Shown: positions 45,597-57,254 of the stretch, piece by piece
Numbering within the stretch: position 1 is the first letter of the stretch
Layout: every line of letters begins with the position of its first letter
Assembly (NCBI RefSeq): GCF_024235615.1
Contig: NZ_JACKMB010000002.1
DNA length: 64,000 nucleotides
Direction: 5' to 3' (one strand)
Origin: Thauera sp.
GTDB taxonomy: Bacteria > Pseudomonadota > Gammaproteobacteria > Burkholderiales > Rhodocyclaceae
Program-made: the position numbers and the translations under genes
Notes under the pieces: model-generated
Told to the model about the DNA's origin: nothing
The model's database searches: none
Seen by the model: only the letters and a program-made list of their open reading frames with translations

Positions 45597-46842
45597 GATC
45601 CGCAACTACACGATCAACTTCGGTCCGCAGCACCCCTCGGCGCACGGCGTGCTCCGCCTCGTGCTCGAACTCGACGGCGAAGTCGTCGAGCGCGCCGACC
45701 CGCACATCGGCCTCCTGCACCGCGGCACCGAGAAGCTCGCCGAGACGCGCACCTGGGTGCAGTCCGTGCCGTACATGGACCGTCTCGACTACGTGTCCAT
45801 GATGTGCAACGAGCACGCCTACTGCATGGCGATCGAGAAGCTGCTCGGGGTCGAGGTTCCGCTGCGGGCCCAGTACATTCGGGTGATGTTCGACGAGATT
45901 ACCCGCGTCCTGAACCACCTGCTCAACATCGGTACCCATGCCCTCGACATCGGCGCGATGACCATGGTGCTGTATACGTTCCGCGAGCGCGAAGACCTGA
46001 TGGACGTCTATGAGGCAGTCTCGGGTGCGCGCATGCATGCGGCGTACTACCGTCCGGGCGGCGTCTATCGCGATCTGCCGGACCGCATGCCCAAATACGA
46101 GGTCAACAAGTTCAAGAACGAGAAGACGGTTCGCGAGCTCAACGCCAACCGCGAAGGCTCGATGCTCGACTTCCTCGAGGACTTCACCAACCGCTTCCCG
46201 ACCTACTGCGACGAATACGAGACACTGCTGACCGACAACCGCATCTGGAAGCAGCGCACCGTCGGCATCGGCGTGGTATCGCCTGAGCAGGCGCTGGCCT
46301 GGGGTTTCACCGGTCCGATGCTGCGCGGCTCGGGCATCGCCTGGGATCTGCGCAAGAAGCAGCCCTACGAGGTCTATGATCGCGTCGATTTCGATGTGCC
46401 GATCGGCAAGAACGGCGACTGCTACGACCGTTACCTGTGCCGCATGGAAGAGATGCGCCAGTCGAACCGCATCATCAAGCAGTGCATCGACTGGCTGCGC
46501 AAGAACCCCGGTCCGGTCATCACCGACAACCACAAGGTCGCGCCGCCTTCTCGCGAGGCGATGAAGACCAACATGGAAGAGCTGATCCACCACTTCAAGC
46601 TCTTTACCGAAGGCATGCACGTGCCAAAGGGCGAGGTGTACGCGGCGGTCGAGCATCCGAAGGGCGAGTTCGGCGTGTATGCGGTGTCGGACGGGGCGAA
46701 CAAGCCCTACCGGCTCAAGCTGCGCGCGCCGGGCTTCGCGCACCTCGCGGCCATGGACGACATCGCCCGTGGCCACATGATTGCCGACGTGGTCGCGATC
46801 ATCGGCACGATGGACGTGGTGTTCGGCGAGATCGACCGCTGA
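45589..46842 (+). CDS. nuoD: NADH-quinone oxidoreductase subunit D
   Basis: [20 protein letters not shown] and DVVFGEIDR motifs. Confidence 0.97.
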   Translation: MAEIRNYTINFGPQHPSAHGVLRLVLELDGEVVERADPHIGLLHRGTEKLAETRTWVQSVPYMDRLDYVSMMCNEHAYCMAIEKLLGVEVPLRAQYIRVMFDEITRVLNHLLNIGTHALDIGAMTMVLYTFREREDLMDVYEAVSGARMHAAYYRPGGVYRDLPDRMPKYEVNKFKNEKTVRELNANREGSMLDFLEDFTNRFPTYCDEYETLLTDNRIWKQRTVGIGVVSPEQALAWGFTGPMLRGSGIAWDLRKKQPYEVYDRVDFDVPIGKNGDCYDRYLCRMEEMRQSNRIIKQCIDWLRKNPGPVITDNHKVAPPSREAMKTNMEELIHHFKLFTEGMHVPKGEVYAAVEHPKGEFGVYAVSDGANKPYRLKLRAPGFAHLAAMDDIARGHMIADVVAIIGTMDVVFGEIDR

Positions 46843-46930
46843 GCGCGCCCGCGCGCAACAGCGGATGGGCGCCTGCGGGCGCCGCGGTATCAAACAAGAA
46901 TCGGCAGGCTATCCGGAAGATCAAGACGAC

Positions 46931-47410
46931 ATGCTGAGCCAGGAATCGCTGCAACAGATCGATCGAGAGATCGCCAAGTATCCGCCCGATCAGACGCAGT
47001 CTGCGGTCATGGCCGCGCTGCGGATCGCGCAGGTCGAGAAGGGCTGGCTGCCCAAGGAACTCATCGAGTTCGTGGCCAGGTACCTCGGCATGCCGCCGAT
47101 CGCCGCCTTCGAGGTCGCGAGCTTCTACAACATGTACGACCTCGCGCCGGTCGGACGGCACAAGATCACCGTGTGCACGAACCTGCCGTGCGCGCTGTCC
47201 GGCGGCGTCCATGCGGCGGACTACATCAAGGAAAAGCTCGGCATCGACTTCAACGAGACCACGCCCGACGGCAAGTTCACGCTGAAGGAAGGCGAGTGCA
47301 TGGGCGCCTGCGGCGACGCCCCGGTGCTGCTGGTGAATAACCATCACATGTGCAGCTGGATGACCACCGAGAAGATCGACCAGATGCTGGCCGAGCTGGA
47401 CAAGAAATGA
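46931..47410 (+). CDS. nuoE: NADH-quinone oxidoreductase subunit E
   Basis: VCTNLPC and ECMGAC 2Fe-2S ligands. Confidence 0.95.
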   Translation: MLSQESLQQIDREIAKYPPDQTQSAVMAALRIAQVEKGWLPKELIEFVARYLGMPPIAAFEVASFYNMYDLAPVGRHKITVCTNLPCALSGGVHAADYIKEKLGIDFNETTPDGKFTLKEGECMGACGDAPVLLVNNHHMCSWMTTEKIDQMLAELDKK

Positions 47411-48726
47411 GCACGCAAGGAATGATCCTCGCCGGCTGCGACGGCGACCGCACCTGGCGGCTCCAGGACTACGTCGCCCGCGGCGGTTATTCGGCGCTCC
47501 GCAAGATCCTCGCGGAGAAGATACCGCAGGACGCGATCATCGCCGAGCTCAAGACCTCTGTGCTGCGCGGTCGTGGCGGAGCGGGCTTCCCGACCGGACT
47601 GAAGTGGAGTTTCATGCCGCGCTCCTTCCCGGGCGACAAGTACCTCGCGTGCAACTCCGACGAGGGCGAGCCGGGGACCTTCAAGGACCGCGACATCCTG
47701 CGCTACAACCCGCACAGCGTCATCGAGGGCATGGCGATCGCCGCCTACGCGATGGGTGCTGCGCGGGGTTACAACTACATCCACGGCGAGATCTTCGAGA
47801 CCTACTCGCGCTTCGAGGAGGCGCTTGCGGAGGCCCGCGAGGCCGGTTTCATCGGCCGCAACATCCTCGGCAGCGACTTCTCCTTCGAGCTCTTCGCGCA
47901 TCACGGCTACGGCGCCTACATCTGTGGCGAGGAGACCGCGCTGCTCGAGTCGATCGAGGGCAAGAAAGGCCAGCCGCGCTTCAAGCCGCCTTTCCCGGCG
48001 AGCTACGGCCTCTATGGCAAGCCGACCACGATCAACAACACCGAGACCTTCGCGTCCGTCCCGTTCATCATGAACATGGGCGGCGAGGCCTTCCTGAACC
48101 TCGGCAAGCCCAACAACGGCGGCATGAAGCTCTTCTCGGTCTCGGGCCACGTCAATCGCCCGGGAAACTACGAGATCCCGCTCGGCACGCCCTTCGCCGA
48201 GCTGCTCGAGATGGCTGGCGGCATGCGCGGCGGGCGCAAGATCAAGGCGGTGATCCCTGGTGGTTCGTCCGCTCCGGTCGTTCCCGGCGGCGTGATGATG
48301 GACTGCACGATGGACTACGACTCGATCTCCAAGGCGGGATCGATGCTCGGTTCCGGCGCGGTTATCGTGATGGACGAGACCACCTGCATGGTCAAGGCCC
48401 TCGAGCGACTGTCCTACTTCTACTTCGAGGAGTCCTGCGGCCAGTGCACGCCCTGCCGCGAGGGCACCGGCTGGCTGTACCGTGTGGTGCATCGGATCGA
48501 GCACGGTCTTGGCCGCCCGGACGACCTCGACCTGCTGAACTCGGTGACGACCAACATCATGGGCCGCACGATCTGCGCGCTCGGTGACGCCGCCTCGATG
48601 CCGGTGCAGAGCTTCGTCAAGCACTTCGGCAGCGAGTTCGAATACCACATCGAAAACAAGAAGTGCCTCGTGCCGCCCGAAGTGCAGCGCGCTGGCAGTC
48701 AAATCTACGTGAGCCCGTCATGCTAG
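47407..48726 (+). CDS. nuoF: NADH-quinone oxidoreductase subunit F
   Basis: [42 protein letters not shown] and TICALGD motifs. Confidence 0.97.
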   Translation: MSTQGMILAGCDGDRTWRLQDYVARGGYSALRKILAEKIPQDAIIAELKTSVLRGRGGAGFPTGLKWSFMPRSFPGDKYLACNSDEGEPGTFKDRDILRYNPHSVIEGMAIAAYAMGAARGYNYIHGEIFETYSRFEEALAEAREAGFIGRNILGSDFSFELFAHHGYGAYICGEETALLESIEGKKGQPRFKPPFPASYGLYGKPTTINNTETFASVPFIMNMGGEAFLNLGKPNNGGMKLFSVSGHVNRPGNYEIPLGTPFAELLEMAGGMRGGRKIKAVIPGGSSAPVVPGGVMMDCTMDYDSISKAGSMLGSGAVIVMDETTCMVKALERLSYFYFEESCGQCTPCREGTGWLYRVVHRIEHGLGRPDDLDLLNSVTTNIMGRTICALGDAASMPVQSFVKHFGSEFEYHIENKKCLVPPEVQRAGSQIYVSPSC

Positions 48727-51059
48727 AGATCGAAATCGACGGCAAGCAGGTCCAGGTCAACGACGGCAGCACGGTGATCGAGGCTGCAGCGGTTGCCGGG
48801 TCCTACATTCCGCACTTCTGTTACCACAAGAAGCTGTCCATCGCGGCTAGCTGTCGGATGTGCTTGGTGCAGGTCGAGAAGGCGCCCAAGCCGCTGCCCG
48901 CCTGCGCGACGCCCGTTACCAATGGCATGAAGGTATGGACGCACTCCGAGCTCGCCGTGAAGGCGCAGAAGGGGGTGATGGAGTTCCTGCTGATCAACCA
49001 CCCGCTCGACTGTCCGATCTGCGACCAGGGGGGCGAGTGCCAGCTGCAGGATCTCGCCGTGGGCTACGGTTCGACCGCCTCGCGCTACCAGGAAGAGAAG
49101 CGCGTGGTGTTCAACAAGAACCTTGGCGCGCTGGTGTCGACCGACATGACGCGCTGCATCAACTGCACGCGCTGTGTTCGCTTCACCACCGAGATCGCCG
49201 GCGAGATGGAGCTCGGCCAGGCCTTCCGCGGCGAGCATGCGGAGATCATGCCCTTCATCGAGAAGACGGTCGATTCCGAGCTCTCCGGCAACATCATCGA
49301 CCTCTGCCCGGTCGGTGCGCTGACCTCGAAGCCTTTCCGCTTCGCCGCTCGTACCTGGGAGCTCTCGCGCCGCAAGTCGGTGAGCCCGCACGACTCCCTC
49401 GGCGCCAACCTGATCGTCCAGACCAAGCACGACGTGGTGAAGCGCGTGCTGCCGTTCGAGAACGAAGACGTCAACGAGTGCTGGCTGTCCGACAAGGACC
49501 GCTTCTCCTACGAGGCCCTGTCCAGCGAGCAGCGCCTCGGTGCGCCGATGATCCGCCAAGGCGGGCAGTGGAAGCAGGTCGAGTGGCAGGCCGCCCTAGA
49601 GTTCGTCGCCACCGGCCTGCGCGGCGTCGAGCGCGATCATGGTGCCGCCTCGATCGGCGCGCTGGCCTCGCCGCATGCCACGGTCGAAGAGCTCCACCTG
49701 CTGCAGAAACTGATGCGCGGGCTCGGTAGCGAGAACATCGATTTCCGCCTGCGCCAGGTCGACTTCCGTGCCGACGGCAAGCGCGCCGGCGCTCCGTGGC
49801 TGGGGATGCCGATCGCCGGCGTCAAGGATCTGACGCGCCTGCTCGTGGTCGGCAGCTTCCTGCGCAAGGATGCGCCGCTGCTGGCGCAGCGCGTGCGCCA
49901 GGCCGCAAAGAAAGGCCTGCACGTCAGCGCCATCGGCCCGAATGCCGAAGAGTGGTTGCTCCCAGTGCGCAACCGCGCGCTGGTCGCGCCTTCGGCGATG
50001 GTCGCCACGCTCGGCCAGGTCGTGGTCGCGCTGGCGAAGGAGAAGGGCGCCGAGGTCAGCGTCGCGCTGCTCGGCAAACTGCCCGAGACAGTGAGCGATG
50101 AAGCGCTCGCCATCGCGCAGAGTCTCGCCAGCGGCCGCAAGGTTGCGGTGTGGCTCGGCAATCTCGCCGTCCAGCACGCCCGCGCCTCCGAGCTGCAGAT
50201 GCTGGCGCAGGAGATCGCCCGCCTCACCGGCGGCAGCTTCGGCTTCATCGGTGAGGCCGCCAACAGCGTGGGCGGCTACCTTGCCGGCGCGGTTCCGGGC
50301 GAGGGCGGTCTGAACGCCGCGGCGATGATCGAGCAGCCGCGCAAGGCCTACGTGACCCTTAACCTCGAGCCCGAACTCGACCTCGCGAATCCGGCGGCGG
50401 CAATGGCGGCGCTCGACGGTGCGCAACTGGTCGTGGCGCTCACGAGCTTCGACTCGCCTTCGCTGCGTCAGGCGGCGGACGTGATGCTGCCGATCGCCCC
50501 CTTCACGGAGACATCCGGCACCTTCGTCAACTGCGAGGGCCGTGCGCAGAGCTTCACCGCGGTGGCGAAGCCTCTCGGCGACGTCCGTCCAGGCTGGAAG
50601 GTGCTGCGTGTGCTCGGCAACCTGCTCGCGCTCGAAGGCTTCGCCCAAACCGACTCCGAGGCCGTGCGCGCCGAGGCGCTGGCGGGCGATTTCGCCGGCA
50701 GGCTGGACAATGGCGTCGAAGGCATCGTGGTCTCCTCGGCCACCGGCGCCGCCGGGGCGCTCGAGCGCGTCGCCGACGTGCCGATCCACTTCGCCGATCC
50801 GATCGCGCGCCGTGCCCCGTCGCTGCAGAAGACGCGCGACGCTGCGGCCCCTACGGCGCGCATCGCGCCGGCGACACTCGCGGCGCTCGGCCTCGCGGCC
50901 GGCGACCGTGTGCGCGTTGCACAGGGTGCGGCGAGCGTGGAACTCGTCGCGCAGGCGGATGAAGGATTGGCTGCAGGGTGCGTGCGCGTCGCCGCCGCGC
51001 ATCCCTCGACCGCGGCGCTCGGCGCGATGAGCGGTGATCTCAGCGTGGAGCGTGCGTGA
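48720..51059 (+). CDS. nuoG: NADH-quinone oxidoreductase subunit G
   Basis: [39 protein letters not shown] and CPVGAL motifs. 779 aa. Confidence 0.96.
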   Translation: MLEIEIDGKQVQVNDGSTVIEAAAVAGSYIPHFCYHKKLSIAASCRMCLVQVEKAPKPLPACATPVTNGMKVWTHSELAVKAQKGVMEFLLINHPLDCPICDQGGECQLQDLAVGYGSTASRYQEEKRVVFNKNLGALVSTDMTRCINCTRCVRFTTEIAGEMELGQAFRGEHAEIMPFIEKTVDSELSGNIIDLCPVGALTSKPFRFAARTWELSRRKSVSPHDSLGANLIVQTKHDVVKRVLPFENEDVNECWLSDKDRFSYEALSSEQRLGAPMIRQGGQWKQVEWQAALEFVATGLRGVERDHGAASIGALASPHATVEELHLLQKLMRGLGSENIDFRLRQVDFRADGKRAGAPWLGMPIAGVKDLTRLLVVGSFLRKDAPLLAQRVRQAAKKGLHVSAIGPNAEEWLLPVRNRALVAPSAMVATLGQVVVALAKEKGAEVSVALLGKLPETVSDEALAIAQSLASGRKVAVWLGNLAVQHARASELQMLAQEIARLTGGSFGFIGEAANSVGGYLAGAVPGEGGLNAAAMIEQPRKAYVTLNLEPELDLANPAAAMAALDGAQLVVALTSFDSPSLRQAADVMLPIAPFTETSGTFVNCEGRAQSFTAVAKPLGDVRPGWKVLRVLGNLLALEGFAQTDSEAVRAEALAGDFAGRLDNGVEGIVVSSATGAAGALERVADVPIHFADPIARRAPSLQKTRDAAAPTARIAPATLAALGLAAGDRVRVAQGAASVELVAQADEGLAAGCVRVAAAHPSTAALGAMSGDLSVERA

Positions 51060-52109
51060 TGGAAGCGATGCTGCAACCCGTGGCGGATTTCTTCGGCCCC
51101 TCCTGGACGGCCATCTGGACGCTGCTCAAGATCGTCGCGATCATCGCGCCGCTGATGATTTGCGTCGCCTACCTGACGCTCGCCGAGCGCAAGGTCATCG
51201 GCTACATGCAGGTCCGCATCGGCCCTAACCGGGTCGGCCCGAAGGGCCTGCTGCAGCCCATCGCCGACGGCATGAAGCTTCTGTTCAAGGAGATCATCGT
51301 CCCGAGTGGCGCCAACAAGGGCCTCTTCATCCTCGGCCCGATCCTGGCGATCGCGCCCTCGCTCGCAGCGTGGGCGGTCGTGCCCTTCGGCGACGGTCTG
51401 GTGCTTGCCGGATGTCAACGCTGGCCTGCTCTTCCTGCTCGCGATCACCTCGATGGAGGTGGTACGGCGTGATCGTCGCCGGCTGGGCGTCGAACTCGAA
51501 ATACCCTTCCTCGGTTCGATGCGCGCCGCCGCGCAGATGGTGTCCTACGAGGTGTCGATGGGCTTCGCGCTGATCTGCGTGCTGCTGATCTCCTCCAGCC
51601 TCAACCTGACCGACATCGTGATGTCGCAGAACGAGGGCCGCTTCGCCGACATGGGCCTGGGCGTGCTGTCGTGGAACTGGATCCCGCTCTTCCCGATGTT
51701 CGTGGTGTATGTGATCTCGGGCATCGCCGAGACCAACCGCGCGCCGTTCGACGTGGTGGAAGGCGAGGCCGAGGTGGTCGCGGGTCACATGGTCGAATAC
51801 TCGGGCATGACCTTCGCGCTCTTCTTCCTCGCCGAATACGCGAACATGATCCTGGTGTCGATCCTGACCTCGATCCTGTTCCTCGGTGGCTGGCTGTCGC
51901 CCGTGGGCTTCCTGCCCGACGGTTTCCACTGGCTGGCGGTCAAGACCGCGTTCATCCTGCTGCTGTTCCTGTGGGCGCGAGCCACCTTCCCGCGCTTCCG
52001 CTACGACCACATCATGCGTCTGGGCTGGAAGGTGTTCATCCCGGTCACCCTCGTGTGGCTGTTCGTGGTGACCGTGTGGATGATGTCGCCGCTGTCGATC
52101 TGGAGTTGA
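51059..52109 (+). CDS. nuoH: NADH-quinone oxidoreductase subunit H, frameshifted as sequenced (three indels, probably artefact)
   Basis: [19 protein letters not shown] in one frame; [17 protein letters not shown] in a second; [14 protein letters not shown] in a third; then [15 protein letters not shown]...ETNRAPFD back in the second frame. Extra G at about 51410, extra G at about 51461, missing base at about 51505. Confidence 0.9.
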
Positions 52110-52116
52110 GAAGACC

Positions 52117-52602
52117 ATGGGTGCCAAGGATTACATCGGCAGTCTGTTCCTGAAGGAACTCGTCAAGGGCATGGCCCTGACCGGACGGCATTTCTTTCAG
52201 CGCAAGATCACCATCCTCTTCCCGGAAGAGAAGACGCCGCAGAGCAACCGCTTCCGCGGCCTGCACGCCCTGCGTCGCTATCCCAACGGCGAGGAGCGCT
52301 GCATCGCCTGCAAGCTGTGCGAGGCGATCTGTCCTGCAATGGCGATCACCATCGAGTCGGACCAGCGTGACGACGGCTCGCGCCGCACCACGCGCTACGA
52401 CATCGACCTGACCAAGTGCATCTTCTGCGGCTTCTGCGAGGAAGCCTGTCCGGTGGACGCGATCGTCGAGACGCGCGTGCTGGAGTACCACGGGGAGCAG
52501 CGCGGCGATCTGTACTACACGAAGCAGATGCTGCTCGCGGTGGGGGATCGCCACGAGTCGCAGATCGCGGCAGACCGCCAACAGGACGCCAAGTACCGCT
52601 AA
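52117..52602 (+). CDS. nuoI: NADH-quinone oxidoreductase subunit I
   Basis: [12 protein letters not shown] and [12 protein letters not shown] motifs. Confidence 0.97.
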   Translation: MGAKDYIGSLFLKELVKGMALTGRHFFQRKITILFPEEKTPQSNRFRGLHALRRYPNGEERCIACKLCEAICPAMAITIESDQRDDGSRRTTRYDIDLTKCIFCGFCEEACPVDAIVETRVLEYHGEQRGDLYYTKQMLLAVGDRHESQIAADRQQDAKYR

Positions 52603-52635
52603 GGGGAGGGCGCTTCGGCGCCACGAGTCAAGAAC

Positions 52636-53241
52636 ATGGAATTCAAGACCTTCGTCTTCTACTTTCTCGCCGTGATCATGGTGCTCGCGGCGCTGAGGGT
52701 GATCACCGCCCGGAACCCGGTACATGCCGCGCTCTTCCTGGTACTGACCTTCTTCAACGCCGGCGGCCTCTGGCTCCTGCTGAATGCCGAGTTCCTCGCG
52801 GTCACGCTGGTGATGGTTTACGTCGGCGCGGTGATGGTGCTCTTCCTCTTCGTGGTCATGATGCTGGACATCAACCTCGACCGCCTGCGCGAAGGCTTCT
52901 GGAGCTACCTGCCGGTGGGGGCGCTGGTGGGCATCCTGATGCTGGTCGAGATGGTCATGGTGCTCGGCGGCAGCTACTTCGGTCTCGAGGCGATGCCCGC
53001 GCCGGCCCCGGTCGCCGCGGATTACAGCAACACCCGCGAACTCGGCCGTGTGCTCTACACCGACTACGTCTATGCCTTCGAGCTTGCCTCGCTGGTGCTG
53101 CTGGTGGCGATGGTCGCCGCGGTCTCGCTGACGCTGCGCAAGCGCAAGGGGCTGAAGTCGATCCCGCCGTCCGAGCAGGTTGCCGTGAGGCGCGAGGGCC
53201 GGGTCGAGCTGGTGAAGATGCAGGCCGAGAAAGACGACTGA
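52636..53241 (+). CDS. nuoJ: NADH-quinone oxidoreductase subunit J
   Basis: NPVHAALFL, VYVGAVMVLFLFVVMML and FELASLVLLVAMV motifs. Confidence 0.96.
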   Translation: MEFKTFVFYFLAVIMVLAALRVITARNPVHAALFLVLTFFNAGGLWLLLNAEFLAVTLVMVYVGAVMVLFLFVVMMLDINLDRLREGFWSYLPVGALVGILMLVEMVMVLGGSYFGLEAMPAPAPVAADYSNTRELGRVLYTDYVYAFELASLVLLVAMVAAVSLTLRKRKGLKSIPPSEQVAVRREGRVELVKMQAEKDD

Positions 53242-53304
53242 CAACGCACGCGAACAAAACAAGAACCGCACCGGCAGGCAGCCGGTGCGATCAGGGGGTC
53301 ACTG

Positions 53305-53610
53305 ATGCTTTCGCTTTCCCATTTCCTCATCCTGGGCGCGATCCTGTTCGCGATCAGCGTGGTCGGGATCTTCCTCAACCGGAAGAATCTGATCGTGCTG
53401 CTGATGGCCATCGAGCTGATGCTGCTCTCGGTCAACATGAATTTCGTCGCGTTCTCGCATTACCTCGGCGACATTGCCGGCCAGGTCTTCGTTTTCTTCA
53501 TCCTCACCGTGGCGGCGGCCGAATCGGCGATCGGCCTCGCGATCCTGATCGTGATGTTCCGCAACATGCGCACGATCCACGTGGATGATCTGGACAGCCT
53601 CAAGGGTTAA
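53305..53610 (+). CDS. nuoK: NADH-quinone oxidoreductase subunit K
   Basis: LMAIELML and [12 protein letters not shown] motifs. Confidence 0.97.
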   Translation: MLSLSHFLILGAILFAISVVGIFLNRKNLIVLLMAIELMLLSVNMNFVAFSHYLGDIAGQVFVFFILTVAAAESAIGLAILIVMFRNMRTIHVDDLDSLKG

Positions 53611-53622
53611 GGAAGCGTCACG

Positions 53623-55650
53623 ATGTCGGACATGAAAGCAATCTATCTCCTCGTGCCGCTGGCGCCGCTGGCGGGAGCGATCCTCGCAGGCCTGTTCGGA
53701 AAGCAGATCGGGCGTGCCGGGGCGCATGTGGTCACCATCCTCGGTGTGGCGATCGCCTTCGTGGCGTCGCTCTTCATCTACCAGGACGTGGCGGCCGGAA
53801 ACACCTTCAACGGCACCGTGTATACCTGGATGCAGGCGGGCGGCATCGACTTCGAGGTCGGCTTCCTGATCGACTCGCTGACGGTGATGATGATGCTGGT
53901 GGTCACCTTCGTGTCGCTGATGGTGCACATCTACACGATCGGCTACATGTCGGAAGATCCCGGCTACCAGCGCTTCTTCAGCTACATCTCGCTGTTCACC
54001 TTCTCGATGCTGATGCTGGTGATGTCCAACAACTTCCTCCAGCTCTTCTTCGGCTGGGAGGCGGTTGGCCTGGTGTCCTACCTGCTGATCGGCTTCTGGT
54101 ACGAGCGCCCGACCGCGATCTACGCCAACATGAAGGCCTTCCTGGTCAACCGCGTGGGCGACTTCGGGTTCCTGCTCGGGATTGGCCTCGTGGCCTCCTA
54201 CGCCGGCAGCCTCGACTACGCCGAGGTGTTCGCCAAGGCCAAGGAGCTGTCCGTGACCGAGATGGCGGTGACCGGATGGCCGCTGCTGACCGCGATCTGC
54301 ATCTGCCTCTTCATCGGCGCGATGGGCAAGTCCGCCCAGGTGCCGCTGCACGTGTGGCTGCCCGACTCGATGGAAGGCCCGACCCCGATCTCGGCGCTGA
54401 TTCACGCGGCGACCATGGTGACCGCGGGCATCTTCATGGTGGCGCGCATGTCGCCGCTGTTCGAGCTGTCCGACACCGCGCTCTCCTTCGTCCTGGTGAT
54501 CGGCGCGACGACCGCGCTGTTCATGGGCTTCCTCGGCATCGTCCAGAACGACGTCAAGCGCGTCGTGGCCTACTCGACGCTGTCGCAGCTCGGCTACATG
54601 ACGGTCGCGCTCGGCGTCTCGGCCTATTCGGCCGCGGTGTTCCACCTGATGACGCACGCCTTCTTCAAGGCCCTGCTGTTCCTCGGCGCCGGCTCGGTGA
54701 TCATCGGCATGCACCACGATCAGGACATGCGCAACATGGGCGGCCTGCGCAAGTACATGCCGATCACCTGGATCACCTCGCTGCTCGGTTCGCTCGCGCT
54801 GATCGGCTTCCCGCTGTTCTCCGGCTTCTACTCGAAGGACTCGATCATCGAGGCGGTGCATGCCTCGACGATCGGCGGTTCCGGCTACGCGCTGTTCTGC
54901 GTGCTGCTCGGCGTGTTCATCACCGCGTTCTACTCCTTCCGCATGTACTTCCTCGTCTTCCACGGCGAGGAGCGCTTCGGCAAGGCGCATGACCACGCCC
55001 ATCACGATCACCACGGCGACCACGACGACGAGGAGCCCTCGGCGGACCACCACCACGGCCTGGCGCCGGGTCAGAAGCCGCACGAGTCGCCCTGGGTGGT
55101 GACCTTGCCGCTGGTTCTGCTGGCGGTGCCCTCGGTGCTGATCGGCTTCTTCACCATCGATCCGATGCTGTTCGGCGAGTGGTTCAAGGGGGTGATCTTC
55201 GTCGGTGACAACCACGTCGGTCTGAAGGAAATGGCGGCGAACTACCATGGCCCGTTCGGCATGGCCCTGCACGGCCTGCAGACGGCGCCCTTCTGGCTGG
55301 CGATGGGTGGCGTCGCGCTCGCATGGTTCTTCTACATGAAGCGTCCGGACATCCCGGCTGCGATCCAGCGCACCTTCAAGCCGATCCACACGCTGCTCGA
55401 GAACAAGTACTACTTCGACCGCTTCAACGAGATCTTCTTCGCCGCCGGGGCGCGCCTGCTCGGACGCGGCCTGTGGAAGGCGGGCGATCAGGCCCTGATC
55501 GACGGCGTGGCGGTGAATGGCTCTGCGCGTCTGGTGGGCTGGGTGGCGCAGATGTCGCGCCTGTTCCAGACGGGCCACCTGTACCAGTACGCCTTCATGA
55601 TGATCATCGGCGTGTTCGTGCTGCTCACCTACTGGTTCAACCGGGGCTGA
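53623..55650 (+). CDS. nuoL: NADH-quinone oxidoreductase subunit L
   Basis: GWEAVGL, GKSAQVPLHVWLPDSMEGPTPISALIHAATMV and HAFFKALLFL motifs. Confidence 0.97.
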   Translation: MSDMKAIYLLVPLAPLAGAILAGLFGKQIGRAGAHVVTILGVAIAFVASLFIYQDVAAGNTFNGTVYTWMQAGGIDFEVGFLIDSLTVMMMLVVTFVSLMVHIYTIGYMSEDPGYQRFFSYISLFTFSMLMLVMSNNFLQLFFGWEAVGLVSYLLIGFWYERPTAIYANMKAFLVNRVGDFGFLLGIGLVASYAGSLDYAEVFAKAKELSVTEMAVTGWPLLTAICICLFIGAMGKSAQVPLHVWLPDSMEGPTPISALIHAATMVTAGIFMVARMSPLFELSDTALSFVLVIGATTALFMGFLGIVQNDVKRVVAYSTLSQLGYMTVALGVSAYSAAVFHLMTHAFFKALLFLGAGSVIIGMHHDQDMRNMGGLRKYMPITWITSLLGSLALIGFPLFSGFYSKDSIIEAVHASTIGGSGYALFCVLLGVFITAFYSFRMYFLVFHGEERFGKAHDHAHHDHHGDHDDEEPSADHHHGLAPGQKPHESPWVVTLPLVLLAVPSVLIGFFTIDPMLFGEWFKGVIFVGDNHVGLKEMAANYHGPFGMALHGLQTAPFWLAMGGVALAWFFYMKRPDIPAAIQRTFKPIHTLLENKYYFDRFNEIFFAAGARLLGRGLWKAGDQALIDGVAVNGSARLVGWVAQMSRLFQTGHLYQYAFMMIIGVFVLLTYWFNRG

Positions 55651-55724
55651 GACGGGCACGCAGGGACGGAAACACATAACAAGATCGAACGCGCCGTTCG
55701 CGGCGCACTGAACGGAAAGCAACG

Positions 55725-57206
55725 ATGACGGACATTCCTCTCCTCAGTCTGGCGATCTGGGTACCGATAATCGGTGGCCTGCTGGTGCTCGCGACCGGCT
55801 CGGATCGCAACGCTCCGCTGGCGCGCATGCTCGCCTTGGCGGTCGCCGTGGCTGGCTTCGTCGTGACGATTCCGCTCTACACGGGCTTCGACGTCGGGAC
55901 CAGCGCGATGCAGTTCGTCGAGCTGCAGTCCTGGGTGCCGCGTTTCAACATCAACTATCACCTCGGGGTCGACGGCATCTCGGTGCTGTTCGTGCTGCTC
56001 AATGCCTTCATCACCATCATCGTGGTGGCGGCAGGCTGGCAGGTGATTCAGAACAAGGTCGCGCAGTACATGGCCGCGTTCCTGATCATGTCGGGCCTGA
56101 TGAACGGCATCTTCTCGGCGCTCGACGCGGTGCTGTTCTACGTGTTCTTCGAGGCCTCGTTGATCCCGCTCTACCTGATCATCGGCATCTGGGGCGGCGC
56201 CAACCGGGTGTATGCCGCGATCAAGTTCTTCCTCTATACGCTGTTCGGCTCCCTGCTGATGCTGATCGCGCTGCTCTACCTGTTCATGCAGTCCGGTGGC
56301 AGCTTCAGCATCCTCGACTGGCACCAGCTGCCGCTGCCGATCGAGCCGCAGATCCTGATCTTCCTCGCCTTCCTGGTCGCCTTCGGCGTGAAGGTGCCGA
56401 TGTGGCCGGTGCACACCTGGCTGCCCGATGCCCACGTAGAGGCGCCCACCGGCGGCTCCGTGGTGCTGGCCGCGATCGCCCTGAAGCTCGGCGCATATGG
56501 CTTCCTGCGTTTCTCGCTGCCGATCGTGCCCGACGCCGCGAACGAGCTCGCGCCGCTGGTGATCACGCTGTCGCTGATCGCGGTGGTGTATATCGGTTTC
56601 GTTGCGCTGGTCCAGGCGGACATGAAGAAGCTGGTGGCGTATTCATCGATCTCGCACATGGGCTTCGTGACGCTGGGCTTCTTCATGTTCAACAAGCTCG
56701 GGGTCGAGGGCGCCCTGGTGCAGATGATCTCCCACGGCTTCGTGTCGGGCGCGATGTTCCTCTGCATCGGCGTGCTCTACGATCGCCTGCATTCGCGCCA
56801 GATCGCCGACTACGGCGGCGTGGTGCACACCATGCCCAAGTTCGCCGCCTTCTTCATGCTCTTCACCATGGCCAACTCCGGGCTGCCGGCCACCTCCGGC
56901 TTCGTCGGCGAGTTCATGGTGGTGCTCGGCGCGGTGCAATACAACTTCTGGATCGGCTTCGTCGCCGCCACCACGCTGATCCTCGGCGCGGCGTATTCGC
57001 TTTGGATGTACAAGCGGGTGGTGTTCGGCAAGGTGGCCAACCCTCATGTCGCCGAACTCGAGGACATCAACGGCCGCGAGTTCGCCTTCCTCGCGGTGCT
57101 GGCGGTGTGCGTGCTGGCGATGGGCCTGTATCCCTTCCCCTTCACCGAAGTGATGCACGCCTCGGTCAATGAACTCCTGCGGCATGTTGCCGTGAGCAAG
57201 CTCTGA
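55725..57206 (+). CDS. nuoM: NADH-quinone oxidoreductase subunit M
   Basis: VKVPMWPVHTWLPDAHVEAPTGGS, KKLVAYSS and GFVGE motifs. Confidence 0.97.
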   Translation: MTDIPLLSLAIWVPIIGGLLVLATGSDRNAPLARMLALAVAVAGFVVTIPLYTGFDVGTSAMQFVELQSWVPRFNINYHLGVDGISVLFVLLNAFITIIVVAAGWQVIQNKVAQYMAAFLIMSGLMNGIFSALDAVLFYVFFEASLIPLYLIIGIWGGANRVYAAIKFFLYTLFGSLLMLIALLYLFMQSGGSFSILDWHQLPLPIEPQILIFLAFLVAFGVKVPMWPVHTWLPDAHVEAPTGGSVVLAAIALKLGAYGFLRFSLPIVPDAANELAPLVITLSLIAVVYIGFVALVQADMKKLVAYSSISHMGFVTLGFFMFNKLGVEGALVQMISHGFVSGAMFLCIGVLYDRLHSRQIADYGGVVHTMPKFAAFFMLFTMANSGLPATSGFVGEFMVVLGAVQYNFWIGFVAATTLILGAAYSLWMYKRVVFGKVANPHVAELEDINGREFAFLAVLAVCVLAMGLYPFPFTEVMHASVNELLRHVAVSKL

Positions 57207-57254
57207 GCGCTGCCCGGCGCGAGCGCACGAGACACTTTACGGACTGGTCAGAAG

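Noticed and set aside
54960-55090. His/Asp-rich loop in NuoL
   Set aside because: A common feature of proteobacterial NuoL.
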